Below the pieces are notes generated by a model that was given only the letters and a program-made list of their open reading frames with translations, was not told the origin of the DNA and made no database searches. Shown here one piece after another: positions 23,501 to 33,631 of a DNA stretch of 64,000 nt; the stretch's first letter is position 1, and every line of letters starts with the position of its first letter. Made by a program: the position numbers and the translations under genes. Source of the stretch: Macrostomum lignano (lineage: Eukaryota); assembly GCA_002269645.1 (NCBI GenBank), contig NIVC01002173.1, positions 26,603 to 90,602 of the forward strand, read 5' to 3'.

Positions 23501-26500
23501 CTCCCCCGCATAGCAGCGGCACGCTAAACAGTTTATCCCGGCTCAGCGACTGAGCACTGCCTGCCCTACAAGAGGTGAGTTGAGCTGCCGCGCACTTCTG
23601 ACCGATTAGCCATGCCTACAGGGTCCTCAGCTCAGAGCGGTGGCTCAATTTTCTTAATTAAATGGAAGCATTGCTTTTGCGAGCCTTCATCGCCTGAGCC
23701 AGCATGCAGTGTCTTCCGCTGGGCTTCTGTAGGTGGAACTTTCCAATTTGAAAAAATGGGCCGCTTATTCACCAACCCTGACACAAACCTTTCTCCAACA
23801 CAAACTCATTCCCTGACATAAACTCGTTCCCTGACACAAACTCGCTCCCTGACACAAACTCATTCCCTGACACAAACGCATTCCCTGACACAAACGCATT
23901 CCCTGACACAAACTCATTCCCTGACACAAACTCATTCCCTGACACAAACGCATTCCCTGACACAAACTCATTCCCTGACACAAACTCATTCCCTGACACA
24001 AACGCATTCCCTGACACAAACGCATTCCCTGACACAAACTCATTCCCTGTCACAAACTCATTCCCTGACACAAACGCATTCCCTGACACAAACTCATTCC
24101 CTGACACAAACTCATTCCCTGACACAAACGCATTCCCCAACACAAACTCATTCCCTGACATAAACTCATTCTCTGACACAAACTCATTCCCTGACACAAA
24201 CTCATTCCCTGACACAAACTCATTCCCTGACACAAACTCATTCGCTGACACAAACTCATTCCCTGACACAAACTCTTTCTCTGACACAAACTCATTCTCT
24301 GACACAAACTCATTCCCTGACACAAGCCTCAGCACCTGTCACGCAGTCAAATGATTCTCAAGAGTCAGTCAATGAAATTTGACCAGTCAGGAACCGCCAA
24401 ACCCACTTCAACAACCAGGCAAGAGCAGAAGTCTGTAAGCCAGTCAGACCTGAATGAAGACATGCGGCTGACAAAAACTAGCAAAGTTTACCATAGAAAC
24501 CGGTAATTCCATCTGAACTAATTTGCTCTGACCAATCTGTGCTGGATTCCTCTGCCCCACGCTAACCTCTCATTCATAATTGCACAATTTTCTTTGATTT
24601 TTACTCGGGCCAAGATATTCCAGGAAATGCATGCAGCAGTGTTTGAGCACATGTCCTACTGCCCATATATGCATGCCTAAACTGACTTGGTCAGGGTTTT
24701 ACGACCTGCTCTCAACGTATTGACCGGGCTTGGGTGAATTTTTTTAACAAGAACTCGCGGCTGGAATGCAAGTTTTTTTACTGTTTTCTCTTAGATTAGT
24801 TTCCGCTTCTTGGGCTGGGTGGGGCTGGCGCGCTGTGCTTAGAAATGCGCTAAGTTTGGCTGGCAGGGACTCGAGCCTTGGAATTGGGTTTGATTTGAGT
24901 GAGGCGGTGAGTAAGGCAGTGAGTAAGACAGTGACAGGCAGTGAGTGGGACAGCGAGTGAGATAGTGACAGGCAGTGAGTGAGTGCGACAGCAAGTGAGA
25001 CAGCAAGTGAGACAGTAAGTGAGACAGCAAGTGAGACAGCAAGTGAGACAGCAAGTGAGACAGCAAGTGAGACAGCAAGTGAGACAGCAAGTGAGACAGC
25101 AAGTGAGACAGCAAGTGAGACAGCAAGTGAGACAGCAAGTGAGACAGCAAGTGAGACAGCAAATGAGACAGCAAGTGAGACAGCAAATGAGTCAGTAAGT
25201 GAGACAGCAAGTGAGACAGCAAGTGAGACAGCAAGTGAGACAGCAAGTGAGTCAGTAAGTGAGACAGTAAGTAAGGCCTGTGAATAAGGCTGTGGGTAAG
25301 AGGTTGAGTAAAACATAGAGTGAGGCAGTGGGTGAGGCAGTGAGAGAGGGGATGCGTTGAGCAGTTTGAAGACCCAGTTCAGGCTGGAGTTCTCAGCCCG
25401 GGCTCCGCAGGCCATCGGAGGTGCCCCCCTCCGATCCCAGGGCCATCATTCAAAGCTGATTAATTTCGCAGCTTATGGCACGAGCTCAGTTTCACAGGCG
25501 CCCCGCTCATCCCTGCCAGGGTTGTCTCAGATTTTCTGAGTCTGATGAATGCCCCGCCCAGGCTGAGCCCGCCGGGAGGGACAGGCAGGCAGGGGGAGAA
25601 AGGCTCGGGGAAGAAATTATCCCGAAAATATCCCCCCGCTCGACATGGGAAATTGCGGCGCGAGGAAGTTCTTCCAATCTCCAGTTTATTAGAAATTATG
25701 CCTCGACCGCTTGCCCACTTTGGCCAGCCGTGATTGATGGCTGCGGCCTACCGGGCTTCCCCAGCAGCAGCTGATTGATCCCCGCCGCCCGGGGAGATAA
25801 AAATCCCCGGCTCCAGCAATCTCGGATTTTGTGGCCTTTGCTGGGCAAAAACCTGCAGGTTTCTTCCGACCTGATTTTGCCTGTCTAACAGGTGCAGATT
25901 GAGTCTGTCTAACAGGTGCAGATTGAGTCTGTCTAACAGGTGCAGATTGAGTCTGTCTAACAGGTGCAGATTGAGTCTGTCTAACAGGTGTAGATTATGC
26001 CTGTCTAACAGGTGTAGATTATGCCTGTCTAACAGGTGTAGATTATGCCTGTCTAACAGGTTCAGATTATGCCTGTCTAACAGATGTAGATTATGCCTGT
26101 CTAACAGGTGCAGATTGTGCCTGTCTAACAGGTGCAGATTGTGCCTGTCTAACAGGTGTATATTATGCCTGTCTAACAGGTGTAGATTATGCCTGTCTAA
26201 CAGGTTCAGATTATGCCTGTCTAACAGATGTAGATTATGCCTGTCTAACAGGTTCAGATTATGCCTGTCTAACAGATGTAGATTATGCCTGTCTAACAGG
26301 TGCAGATTGTGCCTGTCTAACAGGTGCAGATTGTGCCTGTCTAACAGGTGCAGATTGTGTCTGTCTAACAGGTGTAGATTGTGCCTGTCTAACAGGTGCA
26401 GATTGTGTCTCTCCAACAGGTGCAGATTGCGCCTGTCTAACAGGTGCAGGTTTTGCCTTAACAGGTATCAGACGGTGGCCAGGACACAGAAGCAGTGGCC

Positions 26501-29500
26501 ATTGTTATTTCGGGGCCTTATCAACCCAAATGAGGTGAGCATTACCCACCCAGCAGCCAGACAGATGCAGGCCCGCCTACAGACCCTGGACGGGTTGTCT
26601 GCTCTGGGAGACTGGCAAAAATTATGCATAGATGAGGCCGCATCCCGCTTTGCTCTAGGCCAGGGAGATCCTGAACCAGGATCTGGAAAGCCAGTTCTTC
26701 CTCAAATCCTCATTTTCCAGACGCGATTGGGCTGGCAGGTGCTTGATGTATATTTTTATTAACTCGATCTCATTTTAATGTTGACAAGAATTCTCAGCAT
26801 CTCACTTCAAAGTCATCTCGATTTCCTAGATATGGACTGCGTAGTGCTTCCGATGGAACTCTAAAAAAGCAAAAAAAATCTACATTTTTACAGGTACCGA
26901 TAGATTTCATGACGTCCAACAGTTTGACTCCATTGTCTCCAATGACGGACACTGAGTCAGTCAGGAACCCCGCCAGGAAGTCTGGGGATTTGGCAGGAGT
27001 CCGCGCTCCAGACTCTGGTTCAAGGCCTCCTTGGCCAGGCCCTGTAATTTACCCCCCCCCCGAGACCGCATCGGGGTGTGCGCTCACATTGATTGATGAA
27101 GCCAGGCCTGATTAAGATCGGCCAGGAGTCTGTGACGCATTTTGAGCAGCGCCGCATCGCCGGGTGAATATCGTCTGAGAGTAGTCGAACTTTGTTGTTC
27201 TTTGCTCCCAACGGGATAATTTTAGACCGACTCTGCTGACGCGCGGGGAGCAAGGGGGGAGTATTTTCCTCTGGGATTCAGAAATAGCTCTTCCCCTCGC
27301 CCCCTCTCCCGCCTCCTCTTTCCTAAGGGCGGGGGCTGATCGATCAGCAGCATCATCATCGCTCTCAGGCATCCCCCGATCTATTTATAGAAGCCGAGAG
27401 TTCGGGCTATTTTCGGGCAGGGGTTGCGTCACTGCTTGCAGAAGAGAGAGGGGGAATCCCGCCTAGGGCTGAGCTGCAGCTGGCAGAGCCGCCCCCGCTT
27501 ATCCGACCCGGTTGAGCAGCTCCTGCGCTGCCAAATTTCTGTCTTTTTTATCTCAGCTGCCTCCTGCGCCTTTCCGCCTCCACTTGCTGTGCCGCAGCCA
27601 GTTTGAATAGTGAGCTGATAAGCAGCAGGTTGGGGGGGGGGTCTTATCTCCTAGCGCTGACCCCGCAGACAGACAGGCCCAGCTTGGAGACACCCGGCCC
27701 AGAGCTGGGGGGTGCATTGTAGCTTCTCAGCCGAGCTGCTGCCACCTTCAACCCAACTCCCACTTCTCTTCAGTGCAGCTGACTTGGGATCTGGGAAAAC
27801 CAGCAGCTGTCAGACTGGGAATCGATGGAGAGAAAAATCCCGCCTCGGAAGGCGTCTCTTGCGGAAACGTTTGACAATTTGCAGCAGAATCTGACATGAA
27901 CTGGCGCCATCGCTTTGAGTATCAGGGATGCACCACTGTGTGTTAAATAGAATGCCTTAGGCTCTCTAAGCGTCAGGAATGTAACACTCTCTGCGCCTTT
28001 GGAGTTGGCCCTCACGGGTGGGTGGAACTCCATTTTCAAATGGAACTTTCTGTATCCCAACAGTTCACTTTTACACTGGCAGCATCATTTCTCAATGAAA
28101 CAGAACGCTTGCATCGGAGATGAGCCGCAAATCCCGGCAGAGATAAGCAGCAGGCTCAGACCGCCTGCCGTCTGTCAGGGGGAGGCGGGGGAGGCAACGC
28201 CAGCCTGGGGAGGCCAAGAGCAGCCTGTGTGACAGCGGCTCATTTGTACGGCCACCCAAAACCCCCTCAACTGCTTCCCCCCAAAAAAGCCGGCCTGGCA
28301 ACAAATCAGCCAAGCGGAAGGCGGTGACACCAGCCAGACTCCACTCTGCTCAGCTGCTCAGCTACCCCCCCCTCCTCCAGCCTGGCATTGGGGCGCGGTG
28401 GGCACCCAGTGGTAAAGGGCAGGGGATGACAAGCAGGCGGGCGGAACCAGAGCATAAAATAACAAGCGGCAGCCCGGCGCGCTACACCATCTTCATTCAT
28501 ATTCAAGTCACTTGACGAATTTCCGCAGGGAGCCCCGCCAGGTGCTGCTGAGCCTCGACCCCGGTTGCAGCAGCTCCGGCAGCAGCAGCGCCAACGGCAG
28601 CAGCGGCGGAGGCCCCGGCCTCGGCTTCAACATTGTCGGCGGCCAGGACGGCGCCGGCGTCTTCGTGAGCGGCCTGCTGCCAGGCGGCATCGCCGAGCGC
28701 TCCCGACGACTGCGCCGCGGTGACCAGCTGCTGGCGGTGAACGGCGCCGATCTCTGCCGGGCCGGACACTGCGAAGCGGCCGCGGCTCTCAAATCGGCGG
28801 TCGCGGCGGCAGCAGCGGCAAGCAAAAGCGGCAAGGCGGGCGCGGTGCAGCTGCTGGTCGCCTACCGGCCAGAGGAGTTCACGCGGTTCCAAGCGCGGGT
28901 CCTGCGCGCCAAAGAGCTTCAGCAGCAACAGCAGGCAGCGGCCGCGGCGGCAGAGGCAATGCTCCCAACGGCTGATGCTGACGGTGACGCGGACGTCGGC
29001 ACGGCGACGCTGAAGACAACGCAGAAGCGCAGCGTCTACGTCCGAGCTGAGTTCGACTTCGACCCGGCGCGCGAGTCCGGGCTGCCGAACCGCGGCATCG
29101 CCTTCCGGCGCGGCGACATCCTGCACGTCACCAACGCCTCCGACGACGAGTGGTGGCAGGCGCGCCGAGTTGGCAACTCCGGCAGCCAGGCCAGCTTCGG
29201 CATCGTGCCGTCCAAGCGACGGGTTGAGCGGCGCGAGCGGGCAAAGCTGCGCAAAGTCAACTTCAACAACAGCCGCAGCGGCAGCGGCGGAGGCGGCTCG
29301 ACCGAGACCAGCCTCGACGGCAGCAGCGGCGGCAGAGGCGGCGGCGGCTCGCTGGACCGCAGCTCCGCCAAGAAGAAGCCGTCATTGCTGCAGCGGCTGC
29401 ACATCGGCCACCACCACCACCACCACCATCACCACGACCACCAGTCCGGCCAGCAGCAGCGAAGCCTCCAGGAAGACGACGACGACTTGGTCTCGGCGGC

Positions 29501-30820
29501 CACGACAGCTTCGGGTGGCTCCACCGAGGCCGGCAGCCAGCGAATTCCGTCCTACGAGCTGGTGCGGCAGACCAAGCCAACGGCCACCCGGCCAATCATT
29601 CTGCTGGGCCCGCTGCGCGACCAGCTGAATGACGCCCTGGCCAGCAACTACCCGGACCGGTTCGCCAGCTGCGTTCCGCACACCACCCGGGCGCCGCGGG
29701 AGGGCGAGGAGGACGGCCGGGACTACCACTTCGTGGCCAGCCGCGAGCAGATGGAGCGGGATATCGCCGGCCAGCAGTTCGTGGAGGCCGGCCGCTACAA
29801 CGGCAATCTGTACGGCACCTCCGTCCAGAGTGTCCGGGCCGTGGCGGACAGCGGCCGGCACTGCATCCTGGACGTGTCCGGCCAGGCCATTCGGCGGCTG
29901 GAGGCGGCCGGCCTGCACCCTATTGTGATCTTCTTGCGGCCGCTGGCGCCGGAGAACATCGCGCAGCTGCGGCCGGAGGTCGGGCCAGAGCAGGCGGCCG
30001 CGCTGTTTGAGAAGGCCGGCAAGATCGAAGCAGAGTTCGGCAGCATGTTCACTGGTGAGGCCTCGCATGTCAGAAAATGCGTCAGAAAAATGTCAAGGAA
30101 TGTGTCGAAAAAATGTGTCAAAAAAGACGAATGTCAACGGTTTGTCAGACGAATGTCAGACGGTTCATCGAATGTCGGACGGTTCATCAAATGTCGGACG
30201 ATGTGTCACACGAATTAATGTCGAATTTTGAACGAATGTGTCAGACGAAGTGTCAGACGATGTGTCAGACGAATGTGTCAGACGATGTGTCAGACGAATG
30301 TGTCAGACGATGTGTCAGACGATGTGTCAGACGATGTGTCAGACGAATGTGTCAGACGATGTGTCAGACGAATGTGTCAGACGATGTGTCAGAATAATGT
30401 GTCAGACGATGTGTCAAGCGAATGTGTCAGACAAATGTGTTGGAATGCCAGAATGTCAGACTACGCATTCAAAATAATTTCAGACGATCTGTCCGCTAAA
30501 AACATTTCGGATGTTGTGTCAGGTGAATATCTTGCGGTGTGTGGTGTGTCAGGAGAACCATAGAAATTTGCACCAGGCGGTGTCAGTAAAACCCAGTCAG
30601 CCAGTTTCAAATTATTTTATTCATGCAAAGCTGGGCGTGAACATTCAGATAGGAATTCACCCGGTCGCTCGCTTATCCCTGACCGACTCAAACCAAACCC
30701 GACCCTGCAGCCGCTGTCTCGGGCAGCACAGTGGAGGACCTGTTCGCCCAGGTCAGGCGCGTCATCGCCCAGCACGCCGACCAGATGGTGTGGGTCGCCT
30801 GCACCGACGACCAGCTGTGA
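8586..30820 (+). CDS. dlg1: Discs large MAGUK (L27-PDZ1-PDZ2-PDZ3-SH3-HOOK-GK). Exons 8586-8604, 10530-10661, 10765-10901, 13008-13431, 13866-14222, 17134-17241, 21262-21391, 28529-30054, 30711-30820.
   Basis: MPINKQD|ATRALELLEQY...FNALV|EIQEFYEVTLL matches the DLG1 L27 N-terminus. Three PDZ carboxylate-loop motifs (GFGFSIAGG, GLGFSIAGG, GLGFNIVGG), SH3 (YVRAEFDFDP...DDEWWQARR), GK (VPHTTRAPREGEEDGRDYHFV) and C-terminus MVWVACTDDQL*. All junctions are GT-AG with compatible phases. The two linker exons (17134, 21262) are less certain than the domain exons. Confidence 0.92.
10947..11905. repeat. 23-bp minisatellite (ggctattcagtgactggataaca), about 41 copies, with a 115-bp higher-order period; dlg intron 3
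   Basis: Period 23 read directly. The gatagcaggctgtt variant recurs at 11077, 11192, 11307, 11422, 11537 and 11652. Confidence 0.95.
13532..13824. repeat. 13-bp minisatellite (ctcggactcacct), about 21 copies; dlg intron 4
   Basis: Direct tandem periodicity. Confidence 0.95.
14228..14766. repeat. 32-bp minisatellite (tgactcatctgtatgtgctcagctatggttgc), about 17 copies
   Basis: Period 32; begins about 6 nt after the donor at 14223. Confidence 0.95.
15450..15683. repeat. 35-bp minisatellite containing the perfect palindrome tgggtcagctgaccca, about 6 copies
   Basis: gtacagg at 15451 and 15486; the palindrome is in most units. Confidence 0.9.
15676..16830. repeat. 39-bp minisatellite (gacccagtgagtgtgtagagattgggtcagccatctcct), about 29 copies
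   Basis: Direct tandem periodicity. Confidence 0.95.
17247..18240. repeat. 24-bp minisatellite (gactgagctgcatgaccataccct), about 34 clean copies then a degenerate tail
   Basis: Starts about 5 nt after the donor at 17242; drifts to gactgaatccatgaccataatct after about 18060. Confidence 0.95.
18258..18494. repeat. 19-bp minisatellite (gcagtcatgaggtcacaat), about 12 copies
   Basis: Direct tandem periodicity. Confidence 0.95.
18515..18606 (+). CDS. Candidate alternative terminal exon of dlg (AGFQGPPDGAPSSSKKSKGLGGLFGGGKKK*)
   Basis: Acceptor cccctctacccgcag| at 18514 has phase 1, matching the upstream dlg donors. GC-rich codon usage, stop at 18604-18606, AATAAA at 18940-18945. Confidence 0.5.
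19818..20370. repeat. 45-bp minisatellite (gtgtaggcatgtcagggtgacggatggcgtgctgtcttcaggttt), about 12 copies
   Basis: Direct tandem periodicity. Confidence 0.95.
21403..21860. repeat. 21-bp minisatellite (tgtgtgaatgaggaattcaga), about 21 copies
   Basis: Starts about 12 nt after the donor at 21392. Confidence 0.9.
22465..22945. repeat. Long C/T-rich low-complexity (polypyrimidine) tract
   Basis: About 480 nt almost entirely C and T on the + strand. Confidence 0.9.
23777..24324. repeat. 18-bp minisatellite (ctgacacaaactcattcc), about 30 copies
   Basis: Direct tandem periodicity. Confidence 0.95.
24895..25275. repeat. 12-bp minisatellite (gtgagacagcaa) with a degenerate 5' edge
   Basis: Direct tandem periodicity. 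Confidence 0.95.
25877..26464. repeat. 24-bp minisatellite (tgcctgtctaacaggtgtagatta), about 24 copies
   Basis: Direct tandem periodicity. Confidence 0.95.
30065..30460. repeat. 12/13-bp minisatellite (gacgatgtgtca / gacgaatgtgtca) in the last dlg intron
   Basis: Starts about 10 nt after the donor at 30055. Confidence 0.85.
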
Positions 30821-31527
30821 TCTGCCGCGGTTCACTGCAGCGGAAGCCGACTCTTGCACAGTCGCGCCAGTCACTGAGCCGCCCATTTTACACGCTCAAC
30901 AAATGTGCTTATCTGCTTAGCCAATGTTCTCAGTGACAGTTCTTAAGCGCCCGCGCCCAGTATTTGGAAGCCAGCCGGCACCCCCTGCTGTGCAGCCCCA
31001 CCCCCCGGCAGTAGCAGGAAAAGAGGCTTTATTTCTTAAAAAAAGGCTGGCTTCAGGCGAAAAATGCACTGCCGAGATGTACCTTGAACAGTATTGAACA
31101 GCCAATGAAGTTAATGATGCGGTGACACCTACTCGTGCAACATGAGCAGGAGTTGATTGAAGAATAAATTAAAAATACGATGCCTCGAACAAAAAAGCAA
31201 TTCTTATCTTGGAAAGTGCACTTTGAGCGTCAAGCTGGCCTTCAAATCATGCTTTCTAAGAAATCTTAATATCCTTCTAACTGCGTATTCCTGGAGTCTC
31301 TATAAATTGTATTCTCGCACCCGTTCTCAGATGGATCAGCAAAAGCCCGGCCGGCCTGAGCTCACTGAGTGAATTGAACTTCAAAATCTTGCTTTTGTCG
31401 CTGCCTGGAAGCGGCCATTCTAGCGATACGCCTCAATAAACCAAACTCAGTCTTGTACTCGGATTTTCAGATAAATTCCTTTCGGTCCGCAGCTTGCCTC
31501 TCAGTTATTTGACGGCTAAAGGCCACT

Positions 31528-32360
31528 AGGGAAATGGGGAGCCAGGGACAGATGAAGCAGGGGGATTCTGCATTGGGGAATATGGGGAGCCAGGGACAGA
31601 TGAAGCAGGGGGATTCTGCATTGGGAAATATGGGGAGCCAGGGACAGATGAAGCAGGGGGATTCTGCATTGGGGAATATGGGGAGCATGGGACAGATGAA
31701 GCAGGATTCTGCATTGGGAAATATGGAGAGCCAGGGACAGATGAAGCAGGGGGATTCTGCATTGGGGAATATGGGGAGCCAGGGACAGATGAAGCAGGAT
31801 TCTGCACTGGGGAATATGGAGAGTTAGGGACAGATGAAGCAGGATTCTGCATTGGGAAATATGGGGAGCCAGGGACAGATGAAGCAGGGGGATTCTGCAC
31901 TGGGGAACATGGGGAGCCAGGGACAGATGAAGCAGGGGGATTCTGCACTGGGGAATATGGGGAGCCAGGGACAGATGAAGCAGGATTCTGCACTGGGAAA
32001 TATGGGGAGCCAGGGACAGATGAAGCAGGGGGATTCTGCATTGGGGAATATGGGGAGCCAGGGACAGATGAAGCAGAGGGATTCTGAACTGGGGAACATG
32101 GGGAGCCAGGGACAGATGAAGCAGGATTCTGCATTGGGAAATATGGGGAGCCAGGGACAGATGAAGCAGAGGGATTCTGCACTGGGGAATATGGGGAGCC
32201 AGGGACAGATGAAGCAGGATTCTGCACTGGGAAATATGGGGAGCCAGGGACAGATGAAGCAGGATTCTGCACTGGAGAATATGGGGAGCCAGGGACAGAT
32301 GAAGCAGGATTCTGCACTGGGGAATATGAGGAGCCAGGGACAGATGAAGCAGGATTCTGT
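31528..32360. repeat. 42/45-bp G-tract-rich minisatellite, about 19 copies
   Basis: Unit ggggaatatggggagccagggacagatgaagcag(ggg)gattctgcatt; copies differ by a 3-bp indel. Confidence 0.95.
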
Positions 32361-33225
32361 ACTGGTTCGGTCTCCAGATGCAATCATCATGAGAAAATCT
32401 GCTCGATAAACTTACGAGTGCTCCTCAGTTGTTTAATTTTTTTCGATTCCGGAGATCCAGAAGCTGAGATATTGTGAGTGCTGCACTAAAAGCTGAAAAC
32501 TGAAAGTGTGTCGAAATGTTCTGCTGTAATTTAGATCTTTTGAAAAGTGCTCACCCCTGAGCTGCCCGGGAAAAGCTCTCGGCTATTTTTGGAAACATTG
32601 AAGTCACCCTCCTTGAAAGCAGCATTTTTAACTCAAAGCTTGAGAAGCCGCGGTCAGCTGGCTTTCATTCAGCTCAAATTGCCTCAAAATGCCTCCCGAG
32701 TGCCGCCGGCAACGCCCGCGCTCCCGGTCCGGGAGGTGCAGCTGGAATGCGGGGATATTTTTAGCCAGGCCGATTTGCTGAGCTCGACAGATGCTGGATG
32801 CGTCATCTCAGTTGCCGCTTCAGTGGGATTGCGTGCAATGCGGAATTCGATCGTCGGACAGCGGGCACAGCGCACGAGTGAAAAAGTTCAAAGAAATGGG
32901 AATCGGGAAGCACAGGCAATTATCAGTAAATTAAGATTAAATTTCTGCTGTTAAAAGCAGCATGCCGAAGATAAATTGAGCTATTTAGCACTACACATGC
33001 CGCGTGAATCTATAGAAGTACTGCCACAGAGGATCAGGGACTTCCTGGGTCCAGTATTTACAATAAGAGCCAAATAATTAAATAGCTAAATAGAGCTAGA
33101 TTAGCAATCCAGGCTAGATTAATGAGCAACTATGAATATCATTAGCAATTCATGATTTGGGCCAGAGAATAGGACTAATTAGAACTAGCATTCAATGACT
33201 GGGATTAGCATTTCATTCCTAGGAT

Positions 33226-33610
33226 TAGCAGTCCATGACTGAATGATTAGCAGTCCATAACTGAATGATTAGCAGTCCATGACTGAATGATTAACAGTCC
33301 ATGACTGAATGATTAGCAGTCCATGACTGAATGATTAGCAGTCCATGACTGAATGATTAGCAGTCCATGACTGAATGATTAGCAGTCCATGACTGAATGA
33401 TAAGCAGTCCATGACTGAATGATTAGCAGTCCATGACTGAATGATTAGCAGTCCATGACTGAATGATAAGCAGTCCATGACTGAATGATAAGCAGTCCAT
33501 GACTGAATGATTAGCAGTCCATGACTGAATGATTAGCAGTCCATGACTGAATGATTAGCAGTCCATGACTGAATGATTAGCAGTCCATGACTGAATGATT
33601 AGCAGTCCAT
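33226..33610. repeat. 22-bp minisatellite (gcagtccatgactgaatgatta), about 17 copies
   Basis: Direct periodicity; lies about 20 nt beyond the stop codon of the ATG16L-like gene. Confidence 0.95.
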
Positions 33611-33631
33611 GGGCCAGACCGACAGCCAGGG

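Noticed and set aside
22422-23513. 363-aa Pro/Ser/Leu ORF
   Set aside because: Produced by the CT tract and an adjacent GC-rich island lacking stop codons.
10947-33610. Regular repeat arrays as CRISPR loci
   Set aside because: Units are head-to-tail with no unique spacers, there are no cas genes, and the context is eukaryotic introns.
17247-33610. Shared words (gactgaat, ccatgac, gcagtc) between the 24-, 19- and 22-bp arrays
   Set aside because: The matches are only 6-8 bp and the word order differs, so common origin cannot be separated from chance.
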